A stretch of 64,000 nt of DNA, taken from the NCBI GenBank assembly GCA_963812155.1, contig CAWETW010000003.1:224001-288000 (forward strand), given 5' to 3'. The notes under the pieces are model-generated. The model was given only the letters and a program-made list of their open reading frames with translations. It was not told where the DNA came from and did not search any database. Numbering within the stretch: position 1 is the first letter of the stretch; each line of letters starts with the position of its first letter. This document shows, one piece after another, positions 18,556 to 28,554 of this stretch. Position numbers and translations under genes: made by a program. The stretch comes from Vulcanimicrobiota bacterium. Its GTDB lineage: Bacteria > Vulcanimicrobiota > Vulcanimicrobiia > Vulcanimicrobiales > Vulcanimicrobiaceae.

Positions 18556-19578
18556 TTAGTGCTGGGGCATGGAGTCTAGGACGTCGCGAATTGCCTTGAG
18601 GACGATTTCCGGCTGGTCGAGCTGGATGTATTGACGGCCCTCGGCGTAGTCGAAAATCTGGCGGCCATTCGTGGAGAGCCGAAGCCACGAGCCCTGTGCC
18701 AGCGCGGAGTCGTGTTCGAAAGCCAGTCGATCGCGGTGGACGCTCGCCGGCGTCGCGGGCGGAAGTCCGAAGTGCCACGTGGTGAGCACCCGAACGGGAC
18801 GCGAGCCGAACGACGCGACGTGCTGTTGCAAGTACGCTTCGTCCGTCGGCATCTCGGCCATCTCGGAAATTGCGGCGGCGTAGAGCGAGGCTTGCGTCCG
18901 CACTTGTTGCAGCAGTGCCGCATTCAAGGCGTTCGAGAAGCGATCTTCGGGTAAGCCGCGGTAGAACTGCCCCGCGCACGTTCGCGGCGGACGTCCGGAC
19001 GGCGCCGGCAGCGGCGGCGGCGGCAACCCTTTCGCAACGGCAGCGTAGCACACGCGCATGCGCGCGATGATTCTCCGAAAACCGGCGTCATCGCGCGCCC
19101 GCCATTTCGCGGGTTCGACGTCGCCGTCGTCGGCATCCACGAGCACGATGCCGCCGATGTCCCGCATGTAGAGGTCGGCGAATGTCCGCATGTTGTAACT
19201 GCCGAACGCGTGCGCGACCAAGACGTAGGGCGGGGGAATCGCCGCGGCGTGCAACGCGGCATGCAGTTCGCCGGCGATCCGGACGCTCGTGCGCGGCATC
19301 GGACCGGCGTCGCTAAAACCGTAGCCGGCTCGGTCGAACGAGCACGCGCGCGTCCACTTGCCGACTTGCGGCTGGACGATCGACCACGACGGCGACCAGT
19401 CGCCCCATCCGCCGTCGAAAACGACGGTGGGCGAGCCAGACCCGACGCAGTAGAGATTCAAACGGCCGTCTCCGACCGTGACGCGCATGCCGGGTTTCGC
19501 GTACATCGTGTCGCCGGAGGACGCGCAGCCGAAGGCGGTTACCGCCGCCAATGCGGCGAGAACGCGGATGCCCCTCAT
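18556..19578 (-). CDS. Alpha/beta-hydrolase-fold lipoprotein, catalytic residues apparently substituted
   Basis: Lipobox AFGC; G.GSPTVVF, CSFDRAGYGFSD. Nucleophile elbow is AHAFG (no Ser); His site reads GRQYIQLDQP. Confidence 0.85.
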   Translation of the reverse strand: MRGIRVLAALAAVTAFGCASSGDTMYAKPGMRVTVGDGRLNLYCVGSGSPTVVFDGGWGDWSPSWSIVQPQVGKWTRACSFDRAGYGFSDAGPMPRTSVRIAGELHAALHAAAIPPPYVLVAHAFGSYNMRTFADLYMRDIGGIVLVDADDGDVEPAKWRARDDAGFRRIIARMRVCYAAVAKGLPPPPLPAPSGRPPRTCAGQFYRGLPEDRFSNALNAALLQQVRTQASLYAAAISEMAEMPTDEAYLQQHVASFGSRPVRVLTTWHFGLPPATPASVHRDRLAFEHDSALAQGSWLRLSTNGRQIFDYAEGRQYIQLDQPEIVLKAIRDVLDSMPQH

Positions 19579-19582
19579 TCCG

Positions 19583-19978
19583 TCAAAACAAGAGCTTGGC
19601 GCGTTCGATTTTGCGTGTCATTTGTGAAAGACTCGCGTTCATCGAACCGAGCGACGCCGACATCGTACGAAGCGTTCTCTGCGTTCCATCGAGCTTCTCG
19701 TTGGTTTCGCGCAGCTGCGCGTTCGTTCTTGCTAGCCGGAAGTTGGTGGTCGAGAGTTGCCGGTTCGTCCGGTGAAGCTGGGCGTTCGTCTCTGCGAGAC
19801 CACGGTTGACGCCGGCCAACCCGTTGCGCATGCTGTCGATGTCGAAGAGCAGGAATGCGATAACGGCGCCGGCGAGCGCCAGGCCCGCGAACGTTAGCCA
19901 CGATAAACGATTGCGGCTCTCGCGACGCGCCGGGGCTGAGGCTGCCTGCAACATGCTCAACCGATTCCGCAGCTGCAT
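19583..19978 (-). CDS. Membrane-anchored coiled-coil hypothetical protein
   Basis: One TM helix followed by heptads TNAQLHR/TNRQLST/TNFRLAR/TNAQLRE/TNEKLDG; start uncertain. Confidence 0.6.
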   Translation of the reverse strand: MQLRNRLSMLQAASAPARRESRNRLSWLTFAGLALAGAVIAFLLFDIDSMRNGLAGVNRGLAETNAQLHRTNRQLSTTNFRLARTNAQLRETNEKLDGTQRTLRTMSASLGSMNASLSQMTRKIERAKLLF

Positions 19979-20006
19979 GAAGAAAGTGTGAATCCGTAGC
20001 GTCGTT

Positions 20007-20564
20007 ATGGTTGCGGAACGCGTGATATACTTGCGTGACATGGAAGAAGTGCTCGTCGACGTGCCCGAGATCGAATTTCTCGACGGACGGCCCTATCCAA
20101 AGGTGAGCCCGAAGTTCACTCACGCTCTGGTGCAGGCTGCAATGTGCCGGATTCTGTACCGGTGCGCGGGCAAACGAGGGCGGGTCGGAACCGAGCTCGA
20201 CGTGTGGCCCAGCGGTTACCGCGGCGCAGAAACGAAGTTCGTACCGGACGTCGCCTACGTTTCCATCGAGCGGCTGCGCGCACTCTCACGCGAGGAGCGC
20301 GAGGAGCCGCCGTTCTCGCCGGATATCGTCGTCGAAGTATGGTCGCCGTCGAACCAACGCGAATATCTCGATCGAAAGATTGCGCGCTATCTCGGGACGG
20401 GCTCGCTGCTCGTGCTCGACGTCAACCCGCAAACGCGGACGATCGATGCGCACGATGCGCATTCCGTGCGGCGCTACAAAACCGGCGACGTTTTCATGCA
20501 TCCCGTCGCCGGTTGGCTGCGTTTCGATGTCGCCGAAGCCTTTTCCGACCTCGACGACGTCTAA
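20007..20564 (+). CDS. Uma2 (DUF820) PD-(D/E)xK endonuclease family protein
   Basis: E..DG, P...H, VPDVAYV, PDIVVEVWSPS, K...Y. Confidence 0.88.
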   Translation: MVAERVIYLRDMEEVLVDVPEIEFLDGRPYPKVSPKFTHALVQAAMCRILYRCAGKRGRVGTELDVWPSGYRGAETKFVPDVAYVSIERLRALSREEREEPPFSPDIVVEVWSPSNQREYLDRKIARYLGTGSLLVLDVNPQTRTIDAHDAHSVRRYKTGDVFMHPVAGWLRFDVAEAFSDLDDV

Positions 20565-20696
20565 CGAGCGACTTCGTCCTTTACGGCTCGACCTGTAGAC
20601 CCACGTAGAAGTCGAGGATCGTGCTGCCCCCTACGGGGCGCGCAATTTGGAATTGAGTGAGTAACCCGGGCCTCCCTTGGGAACGCTAAAGAGAGT

Positions 20697-21368
20697 ATGC
20701 TCAAGGCCGTTCTCCTCGATATCGACGGCACGCTGGTGGCCAGCAATGACGCGCACGCGCAAGCGTGGGCGGATGCGCTGCGGTCGTTCGGCTACGATTG
20801 CGACGTCGACCAGATTCGCCGGTGGATCGGGATGGGCGGCGATAAGATTCTTCCGCGTGTTGATGAACGGCTCGATAGAGAACAGGAGCCGGGCAAATCG
20901 ATTCTCGCGGTACGGCTGGAAATTTTTATGGATCGCTACGCGCCCGCGCTCAAGCCAACGCCGGGTGCGATTCCGTTTCTCGATCGGTTGCACGCCGCCG
21001 GGCTGCTGCGGGTGGCCGCGACGTCGGCGAAGGAGAAAGAATACAAGATAATTACCGAAACCGCCGGTATCGCCGGGCGGCTCGATTTGGCAACGACGGC
21101 GGACGATGCGAAACACTCCAAGCCCGATGCCGACGTCGTCAAAAGCGCGCTCGAGAAGGCCGGAGCGACGGCCGCTCAGGCCGTCTACGTGGGCGACACT
21201 CCCTATGACGTTGAGGCGGCGCATCGCGCCGGGTTGCCCATCGTCGCGCTGCGCTGCGGCGGGTGGAGGGATGCGGATCTGCGAGACGCCGACGCGGTCT
21301 ACGAAGACCCCGCGGAACTCGATCGCGGCTTCGAGCGGTCGCCTATCGGCGAGCGGCTCGCCTCGTAG
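20697..21368 (+). CDS. HAD-superfamily hydrolase
   Basis: DIDGTL motif I, ATS, SKPDAD, VGDTPYD. Confidence 0.92.
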   Translation: MLKAVLLDIDGTLVASNDAHAQAWADALRSFGYDCDVDQIRRWIGMGGDKILPRVDERLDREQEPGKSILAVRLEIFMDRYAPALKPTPGAIPFLDRLHAAGLLRVAATSAKEKEYKIITETAGIAGRLDLATTADDAKHSKPDADVVKSALEKAGATAAQAVYVGDTPYDVEAAHRAGLPIVALRCGGWRDADLRDADAVYEDPAELDRGFERSPIGERLAS

Positions 21369-21464
21369 CGGCGAGCGCTCAGGAGCCATAGGGTGGAGGG
21401 GCCGCTGGGCGGAGTCGCGTAGAAACGCACTGTTCACAATAGTAAGGGCCCGGAGTTCGCGAGC

Positions 21465-21731
21465 ATGACTGAGATAGAACGCGTCTGGGAGCGCCTCAAA
21501 GAGCGCGCCTTTCGTCATGCCGATTCGCGGGCAGTACCGAGCATGGACGAGGCGCGAACGACCGTGATCTCCATATGCGCCGACGAATGTCGCGAGCGTC
21601 CGCCCGTGGATGCAATTGAATTTTTTGCGGCCGAATTCATGCGGCTCACGATCGAAGCGTATGAGCGCGAAACACTCCGGCATGACGGCGAACGAATCGC
21701 TGCGCACGAACGCGAGCGAACGCTCGGGTAA
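21465..21731 (+). CDS. Hypothetical protein
   Basis: ORF with GGAG SD filling the gap between HAD and CheB/CheR; no recognisable motif. Confidence 0.5.
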   Translation: MTEIERVWERLKERAFRHADSRAVPSMDEARTTVISICADECRERPPVDAIEFFAAEFMRLTIEAYERETLRHDGERIAAHERERTLG

Positions 21732-21748
21732 ACGACGCGAACTTCTCG

Positions 21749-24292
21749 TTATCGTCGAACGAAGACGATGAGTTCGGACCCGTCTTGCGGGATACTCAGT
21801 TGTTCGATTCGGTACGACGTCGCCGTGCCGCCGGCGTCGGTCAGTTCGAGGGAGCGGGGCGGGCGCTTCCATGCCTCGCCGACTGCCGGAAGCGCGCCGT
21901 TGTTTCGTTCGACCAGCCCGATATATTGCTCGGACGCGATCAGTATTTTGCGCTTGTTGTCGAGCAGGCACAGGGGGAGCGGAGTCTGTTCGACGACCGA
22001 CTGCATCGTGATTGACGCCTCGCGAGCCACGTTCAATTTAGCTTCGCGTTCTTCCGCCGAGCGTTCGAGTTCGCTGCTGCGCGCCGCGAGTTCTTCGTTG
22101 GTCGTATTGAGTTCTTCGACGGTCGCCTGAAGTTCTTCGTTGAGCGTCTCGAGCTCTTCACTCGTTGCCTGCATCTCTTCATTGAGCGTCTCGACTTCTT
22201 CAGCGGCGGCCTCCGACTCTTCGGCCGAGATGAGCAGGTGCTCGTTGGCGCTGCGCAGGTCGGAGTTTGCGTTCGTGAGCTCGTCGTTCGCTTCGATGAG
22301 CGCCTTCTGGCGTTCTTGCAGTTCGACGTTCTGTAACGAGAATCTCGCGGACGACTCTTCGTTGCTGCGATTGCTCGCCTCGAGTTCGCGCAGGCGCGCC
22401 GTCGCCTCGGTCACATCGGCGACCAGCACGAAAACGCCTTCGATGCGGCCCTCCTTGTTCACCGTGCGATCCGGATAACACGAGATCTGCAGATACCGGA
22501 CCGAGTCGCTTGCAAGGTCGCGAATTTCGACCTCGCGGCTGCTTGCGGGCATCTCGTTGCGAAACGCGGCGTCGAGCGCCGCCTTAAGTTCGCTCGAGGG
22601 GAGCGCCGCCAAATGCACGAGGTCGTCGCCGATGCCCTGTCCGTGAATTCCGAGCATCGAGCGCGCCGCGTGATTGATCGTGAGAATGTCGTAGTTTCGA
22701 TCGACGACGACCACGCCGAGATGCGAGTCGAAGAGAAATGCGCCCAGGCGATCCACCAGCGACCAGCGCGGTGCGGCGGACTCGTTCGAGGCCCGGCGTT
22801 GGAGCGCCGGCGACGTCGCGATGCGCCGCGTTGTGGGCCGCTCGCGCACCCCGTTACCGATCGCCGGCGACGGGATGAACAGCCGTTCGCCTTGACGCTG
22901 AAAGATCTTCAGCGCCGGCTGTACGGTCGAGAAGTACTGCGAGAGCGGGCTCGTCGTCTCCGACTTGCCGAGCACCAGATACCCACCCGACCGCAACGAA
23001 AACGCGAACAGCTGAAGCGTCCGCTGCTGGAGTTCCTTCGTAAAATAAATCAGAACGTTACGGCACAAGACGAGGTCGATGCGCGGAAAAGGCGCGCGCT
23101 GGCCGAGATCGTACTCTCCGAAAACGGTGAGGTTGCGAATCCGCTTCTTGATTTGAAATCCGTCGTCTAGGCGCGTGAAGTATTTGGCGAGCAGCTCCGG
23201 CGACATCTCTTTGAGCGCGCTCGCCGGGTAGACGCCGCGCCGCGCGAACGCCACCGCGTCGGCATCGAGATCGGTTGCGAAAATCCGGATCGGCATCGTC
23301 TCGACGTCGTCGCCGAGCAGTTCGCCGAGTGCGATCGCCAGCGAGTACGCCTCTTCGCCGGTCGCGCATCCCGCCGACCATAGCCGCAGCTCGGCGCGAT
23401 TGGCGCGCGCGTGCTCGACGATGTCGGGCAGTATTTGCTCGCGGAGCGCAGCGAACAGCGCGGGGTCGCGAAAGAACTCGGTCACTTTGATCAGGAACGT
23501 GCTGATCAGCCGCTGGTACGCCTCGGGATGCGCGCTGAGGTGGCGCAAGTAATCCTTCAGGGTTTCGCACCCGGTCGTGGCCATGAGCCGCGACAGGCGC
23601 CGGACGATCGTCGGCGTTTTATACTGGCGGAAATCGATCCCCGTGCGCCCGCGCAACTGGTTTAGAAAAGCGCTGAGGACGTCGGGGTTGGTAATCTCGC
23701 CGTCGCTTGGACCGGCCGTCAACGTGGCCAGAAGCGGCGCAAGCGAATCGAGGTTGGCGGTGTAGTCGACGTGGCTGAGCGGTATGGCGGCCGGCAACGC
23801 CGGAAATGCGGCGGATTCCGGTTCCTGCACGAGGACGGTCCCGCCGTGCTCTTTCACCGATCGAACGCCGGCCACGCCGTCGGTGCCCATGCCGGTGAGG
23901 ATGAGCGCGACGACGCGGTCGCCGAAACTCTCCGCCGCGCTGGTGAACAGCGCGTCGATCGACGGTACGGGATGCCCGCGCAGACGGCCGCTTCCGACGG
24001 CTCGAGTGCCGCGAATCGCCACGTTTTGTCCCGACGAAGCGAGATAAATCGTGGCCGGTTGCAGTCCCTCGTCGCCCTGATCGGCGATCGTGACGACGTT
24101 TAACTGCGTCTGACGCCGAAGAATTTCGGCCAAGTGGCTGGGGACGTTCGGAGCGTAGTGCTGCGCGATGACGACCGGAGCGCGGAAGTCCTCGGGGAGC
24201 GCACCCACGAGCCGTATCAGCGCCTCGATTCCGCCGGCCGACGCGCCGACGACGACGAGATAAGACTCGTCGCGAAGGCCTTCGTCGTTCAT
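21749..24292 (-). CDS. CheB methylesterase-CheR methyltransferase fusion with PAS and coiled coil
   Basis: GASAGG/QH/GMGTDG CheB triad; IKVTEFFRD, WSAGCATGEEAYSLA, CRNVLIYF; NEE(L/M)QA..EELET repeats; no kinase domain. Confidence 0.92.
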   Translation of the reverse strand: MNDEGLRDESYLVVVGASAGGIEALIRLVGALPEDFRAPVVIAQHYAPNVPSHLAEILRRQTQLNVVTIADQGDEGLQPATIYLASSGQNVAIRGTRAVGSGRLRGHPVPSIDALFTSAAESFGDRVVALILTGMGTDGVAGVRSVKEHGGTVLVQEPESAAFPALPAAIPLSHVDYTANLDSLAPLLATLTAGPSDGEITNPDVLSAFLNQLRGRTGIDFRQYKTPTIVRRLSRLMATTGCETLKDYLRHLSAHPEAYQRLISTFLIKVTEFFRDPALFAALREQILPDIVEHARANRAELRLWSAGCATGEEAYSLAIALGELLGDDVETMPIRIFATDLDADAVAFARRGVYPASALKEMSPELLAKYFTRLDDGFQIKKRIRNLTVFGEYDLGQRAPFPRIDLVLCRNVLIYFTKELQQRTLQLFAFSLRSGGYLVLGKSETTSPLSQYFSTVQPALKIFQRQGERLFIPSPAIGNGVRERPTTRRIATSPALQRRASNESAAPRWSLVDRLGAFLFDSHLGVVVVDRNYDILTINHAARSMLGIHGQGIGDDLVHLAALPSSELKAALDAAFRNEMPASSREVEIRDLASDSVRYLQISCYPDRTVNKEGRIEGVFVLVADVTEATARLRELEASNRSNEESSARFSLQNVELQERQKALIEANDELTNANSDLRSANEHLLISAEESEAAAEEVETLNEEMQATSEELETLNEELQATVEELNTTNEELAARSSELERSAEEREAKLNVAREASITMQSVVEQTPLPLCLLDNKRKILIASEQYIGLVERNNGALPAVGEAWKRPPRSLELTDAGGTATSYRIEQLSIPQDGSELIVFVRR

Positions 24293-24362
24293 GTGAGGTT
24301 CTTGTCCAATCGGGAAACAACGCCTCCGCAATGAAGAAGCCGGCCGCTCACGGTTCCGGCCT

Positions 24363-26192
24363 CTAGCCCAACGTAATGATCGACGCGAATCCGGCGGGCT
24401 TCTCGCGGTCGAGAAGCACCGGCAAACTGTCGGCCGATCCGAGCCTCCGGCTCAGCCACGTCCACAACGCTTCGTCGCAGACGACCGTGTTTGCCGAGGG
24501 ATCGAGCCTCGCCATGCCGGTCGTGACGCCCCGCGTACGCGCGATCGTCGCCACAGGCCTGGGCCGATTAAAGAGCATCGGGGCCGAAAAGCCCAGCGTC
24601 GCGTAGTCCATCGCCTGCGTTGCCGCGTCAATCGTCGCAATGAAGAACGGCGCCGAGGCGTCGCGGCCCCCAAACGCGTCGGCCAACGGCATGCGAAGAG
24701 ACGACTCCATCAGGCTGCTGACGGCGTCGCCGTCTTCCTCCACGTTGAGCGTGAGCAGGCCGCGCGTTTCGGTCACTTGACGGTATCGCCACGGAATCGC
24801 GCAACCGGCGGAATGATAGACGTCGAGATCGATCATACGGTCGCGCAATCGCTCCCAGAAGCGCTCCTTTTGCAGTTCCGGTATCGGCTTGACGCCGGCA
24901 CGCAACTCTTCGAATCGATCGACGACGACGTCGGCAAGGTTGGCGAGCACCTCGAACGCCTGCGTGTCGGCGGGCCGATCGAACGAGCATGCGACGAGCA
25001 CCCCGCGATGATATCCGTCCTGCGATACGAGCGCAACGGAGGCAGCCGATACCGGCCGTAACGCGAGGAACGCGCTTCGATCGTTGGGCGCGTCGGTCAA
25101 CTCGTCGAGAAACTCATCGTCGAACACGGCATGGAACGAGCGCGTACCACTGAGAAACCCTTTGGGGATCGATGCAAGCACCGGTTGCGCAGCGTACGGG
25201 TGTTCCGCGCGATAGACGGTGCCCGATTCGCTGATCAGCGAACAGGACGCCCACCCGCCCACGGCTTCGGCCGCCCGTTCGGCGGCAAGCCGCGCCAATT
25301 CGTTTGCGTTGGGTGCGCTCAACGCGCGCCGCTGCGCCATCACGCGTTCCTCGTGTAAGGAAGCGTGACGCAACGCCGACGCCTCCTGGGCGAGTTTCTT
25401 GATCGTTTTGAAGATCGTCGTTTCGGATGCGTCGTGCGGCAGCCACCGATCGACGATCGCGGGGAATAAGGCGTGCGGTTCCTCTTGATAAAATGCCAGA
25501 ACGCAGAGCGCGCCGTAGTCGGCGATGCGATGGATGCTCGTGATTGCCGAGACGGGATCGCCGAGTTCGGCCGCATCCACCACGACGATGTCCGGTAAAA
25601 ATTCTTGCATCCGCCGGGTGAGCTTCCCGAACGTTGAAACGGCTTCGACCGGCCATCCGCGGCGCGCCAGCGCCGACGAGAGCCGGTCGCAGAGATCCAC
25701 GCAGGTGGCGAAGCTCATTACGACGGGAGCTAGGGAAAGTGCGACCGGCATGAGCGGCGACGCGGCGGAATCTCGCGGAACCGTTACGCTCTCGACCGAC
25801 GCGAGGAAGTCGTCGTCGCCGAGCGCGGAAGCTCGCGCGGCAAGCGGTGCGACAATCACCCGGCGGTCGTTACGGTGTGAGAATGGAATCGCCAGCGCGG
25901 CACGGTCCCCGCGCACCGGGTCGAGAATGCGCGCCGGCTTCATGCGCGCGAAAAGCCGCCGCAACGGCCATCGCAGCCACGACCGCGCCGCTTCACCGCT
26001 CAATCCGCGTGACGACGCGATGACGAAGGAGCCGCCGCCGTAGCCGCCCTTGAACAGTACGGCGCCTTCGAACGTGCCATCGAAGGCGGTCACGATGTCG
26101 AGCAACTCCTCGAGCTTGTCGGGATCCTCCCCGGCGCCGGCGACGGCGCGCAACAGCGTCGCCAAATCTCTGATGGTTCGGCCGGTGGTCAC
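24363..26192 (-). CDS. Multidomain signalling protein (GAF-like, REC-like, GAF, degenerate PP2C/SpoIIE-like)
   Basis: REC-like PDIVVVD; GAF-like SVALVSQDGYHRGVLVA; SpoIIE-like IDAATQAMDYATLGFSAPML; GTG start overlaps the upstream stop. Confidence 0.55.
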   Translation of the reverse strand: MTTGRTIRDLATLLRAVAGAGEDPDKLEELLDIVTAFDGTFEGAVLFKGGYGGGSFVIASSRGLSGEAARSWLRWPLRRLFARMKPARILDPVRGDRAALAIPFSHRNDRRVIVAPLAARASALGDDDFLASVESVTVPRDSAASPLMPVALSLAPVVMSFATCVDLCDRLSSALARRGWPVEAVSTFGKLTRRMQEFLPDIVVVDAAELGDPVSAITSIHRIADYGALCVLAFYQEEPHALFPAIVDRWLPHDASETTIFKTIKKLAQEASALRHASLHEERVMAQRRALSAPNANELARLAAERAAEAVGGWASCSLISESGTVYRAEHPYAAQPVLASIPKGFLSGTRSFHAVFDDEFLDELTDAPNDRSAFLALRPVSAASVALVSQDGYHRGVLVACSFDRPADTQAFEVLANLADVVVDRFEELRAGVKPIPELQKERFWERLRDRMIDLDVYHSAGCAIPWRYRQVTETRGLLTLNVEEDGDAVSSLMESSLRMPLADAFGGRDASAPFFIATIDAATQAMDYATLGFSAPMLFNRPRPVATIARTRGVTTGMARLDPSANTVVCDEALWTWLSRRLGSADSLPVLLDREKPAGFASIITLG

Positions 26193-26443
26193 GGTTTGCG
26201 ACGGCGCAAGCAGGCGCCATGGGCGTGGAGAAAGGCGGCCAACGCGGCGGGACTGACCCGCCGGAAGAGCTGGCGCAACGCGATCTCCACGACCGAACTT
26301 TCGCTCACCCGGCATTGTCGCGCGATCTCGTGCAAGTGGTCGCCGATGTCGTCGGAGAGGTTCACGGTGACGCGCTGCGCGTTGCCCGGGCTGCCGACGC
26401 GTGCCGCCACGTCGCTCCGCTGTTCCTTACGATTGTTTGGCAT
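26189..26443 (-). CDS. Ribbon-helix-helix (CopG-like) DNA-binding protein
   Basis: RVTVNLSDDI...LHEIARQCRVSESSVVEIALRQL; SD GGGAGG. Confidence 0.75.
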   Translation of the reverse strand: MPNNRKEQRSDVAARVGSPGNAQRVTVNLSDDIGDHLHEIARQCRVSESSVVEIALRQLFRRVSPAALAAFLHAHGACLRRRKP

Positions 26444-26573
26444 GACCGCCTCCCTGCCAAGTCATGTCGTGCCGGGCCCTTCACACCTGCCAACCGAGCT
26501 TAGGGCGCAGCCTGCTGTTGTGAACAGAGGGCTGCCGCGCGTGCCGCTGAAAACGGCACTCGAGGGCTAGCCC

Positions 26574-26966
26574 ATGGAACTGCACGAAGCCGGGTCCGCC
26601 GAGCGCCGGGCCCACGTCCTGGTCATCAAACTCGAAGGCGAGTTCGATCTTTCGGATGGCGATCGTTTACGCGATGCCTTTTTCGCATTCACGCAGGCGG
26701 AGTTCGTCGTCGTGGACTTTCACCGCGTTTCGTACGTGGATTCGAGCGTGCTGCGGTGCCTCTTCGCTCTGCGTCAGAAGACGCTCGAGCGCGGCATTGC
26801 GCTCGCGCTCGTCGGCGCGACCGGCTCGGTCGCGCACGTGTTCGAAATATGCCGGTTCGACCGGCTCTTCGAGATTCGAGAAACGATCGGCGACGTTTCG
26901 GGTGCGGCCGCGTTCGATGGCGCCGAGATCCGCACGTTGACGCTGGTGTCGCGCGTCGAAGCCTAA
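26574..26966 (+). CDS. STAS-domain anti-sigma factor antagonist
   Basis: LEGEFDL, VVVDFHRVSYVDSSVL containing the phospho-acceptor DSS. Confidence 0.88.
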   Translation: MELHEAGSAERRAHVLVIKLEGEFDLSDGDRLRDAFFAFTQAEFVVVDFHRVSYVDSSVLRCLFALRQKTLERGIALALVGATGSVAHVFEICRFDRLFEIRETIGDVSGAAAFDGAEIRTLTLVSRVEA

Positions 26967-26988
26967 CGTCAGTCGCCTCGGAGCGATT

Positions 26989-27553
26989 TTAGGGGACGAT
27001 TTGGATCCCGGCCGCCGTCGATATGCCGCAGTTCGTTTGACTGACGCAGCCATGGATGACTTGCTCGTCTTTGTATCCCGTTGTCGGCTTTAACGCCTTG
27101 TTGTTCGTCAACGCATCCTGTTCGTACGTGCCGGTGGTCGCGCCGTTGCAGTGCGCTGCGTCACATGGGAACGGCCCGCTCCACGTAACCTGGATCGGCT
27201 TGAAGACATTCCCCGTCTTGACGCTCGTGACGAAACCGGTCCAGCCGGTGACGTTGCTCGTGTAATCGCACGGATTGGTTTTCGTGACGCACCACCACAG
27301 GGTGAGCGTACTCTTGGGGCCGCTCGGATACTGGTAGCATCCACCGGGAAACTTCTTGGCCGCACACTTCGGCGTTGCGTCGCGGTGCATTCCGGCGACC
27401 GTAAAGCGCGGGGATTGCGCCGCGTGCATGCTGCCCGCGCTGTTGAGGCCCGATCCGGGCGCGATGGGTGTGCTGCGCGCCGGCACACGCCGACAGCGCG
27501 ACGGACATGGATATCAACGCTGCCGTTGCAGCGGAACGCCCGAGATGACGCAT
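26989..27553 (-). CDS. Cysteine-rich lipoprotein, paralog 1 (type A); frameshift near 27480
   Basis: MRHLG...LSAC in one frame joins ORF 26989-27486; 8 mature Cys in 4 local pairs. Confidence 0.75.
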
Positions 27554-27639
27554 TGAGTTAAACCTTTCTCTCTATCTAAGGTGCGAGCAGGCGTTCGTAT
27601 GCCCCAAAACGCCGCGTCCCTGCTAACCCAAGCGGCCGT

Positions 27640-27668
27640 AAAAGAGGCCCGGCAGATGCCGGGCCTCT
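27640..27668 (-). terminator. Rho-independent terminator after paralog 2
   Basis: AGAGGCCCGGCA-GA-TGCCGGGCCTCT inverted repeat followed by a T run on the minus strand. Confidence 0.75.
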
Positions 27669-27689
27669 CGTTAAGCGTTCGGTTTTGAG

Positions 27690-28238
27690 TTAAGGCCCGA
27701 CGTTTAAAGCCAACTCCCCAACGAGCAGGCCGGTCAGCTTGATGTCTTGCTTATAGGCATACTTCGCCGTTTCTTTCGGCGGCTTGCGCGTTGACGCTTC
27801 GATCGTGTCGACGACGTAGGCTCCGTGCGACGTTCCGCAACGTGTTATCGAAGGCGAACACGCGAACGGCCCGGTCCATTTCCCCGTGATGGCTGCAATC
27901 GCCGCGCACGGACTGGGCGTCTTCTTTTTGCAGACGTTTCCGCTCCACGTGTAGGTTCTGGTTGCCGAGCACGGATCGCTTCCATTCCCGGCGCACCAGT
28001 CGACGACCACGCCGTTGGTTAGGGAAACGGTGTCGCAGCCGAGATATTTCTTCGGACACACCGCATTGGATCGCGCGCCGGCGGAATCGAAGTACAACTG
28101 CGGACTCGCGTGCCGGGCTTGCGCCGCGGAGCCCGCGCCGGGCGCGATCGGATTGGGAGACGAGCTGCCGCCGGCGCACGCCGACAGCGCAAAAGCCGAC
28201 ATAAGAGCCGCCGGAGCGGCCCATTGAAAATAACGCAC
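27690..28238 (-). CDS. Cysteine-rich lipoprotein, paralog 2 (type B)
   Basis: Lipobox LSAC; 8 mature Cys; WC, WSG, WTGP, YAYKQDI framework; SD AAGGAG. Confidence 0.78.
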   Translation of the reverse strand: MRYFQWAAPAALMSAFALSACAGGSSSPNPIAPGAGSAAQARHASPQLYFDSAGARSNAVCPKKYLGCDTVSLTNGVVVDWCAGNGSDPCSATRTYTWSGNVCKKKTPSPCAAIAAITGKWTGPFACSPSITRCGTSHGAYVVDTIEASTRKPPKETAKYAYKQDIKLTGLLVGELALNVGP

Positions 28239-28554
28239 TAAAAAAAGTCTCCTTGAATGATCGGAACGAGCTGGTCGTCAGCGGGGCGGCCCAGCCAAAC
28301 TCCGAACTCGATCGCCCAACTGCCGAGTACTCGGCTAGTATCGGCAAACTAGGCGCTTCCCTGCTTGGCGGGCAGCCGTGGTCGCCATCCGGTGGCCGCT
28401 GCTTTTGACGCCATCCCTCGGGGTCGTTTAGAACGTTCCAAAGTCGACTTGCGCAAAAAGAGGCCTGGCAGATTGCGTGGCCCCATTTCTCTTTCGCGTA
28501 CGCGCGAAATGAAGGCCGCGCCCCTGCCAGGCGACTCAAGCAAACCGTTGCACA

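Noticed and set aside
20007..20564. Uma2 nuclease as part of a defence system
   Set aside because: Solitary gene from a family often present in many copies, with no methylase or other defence partner adjacent.
28380..28550. Possible riboswitch (c-di-GMP-like) between paralogs 2 and 3
   Set aside because: Some hairpin potential, but I could not match the conserved aptamer motifs. An Rfam scan would be needed.
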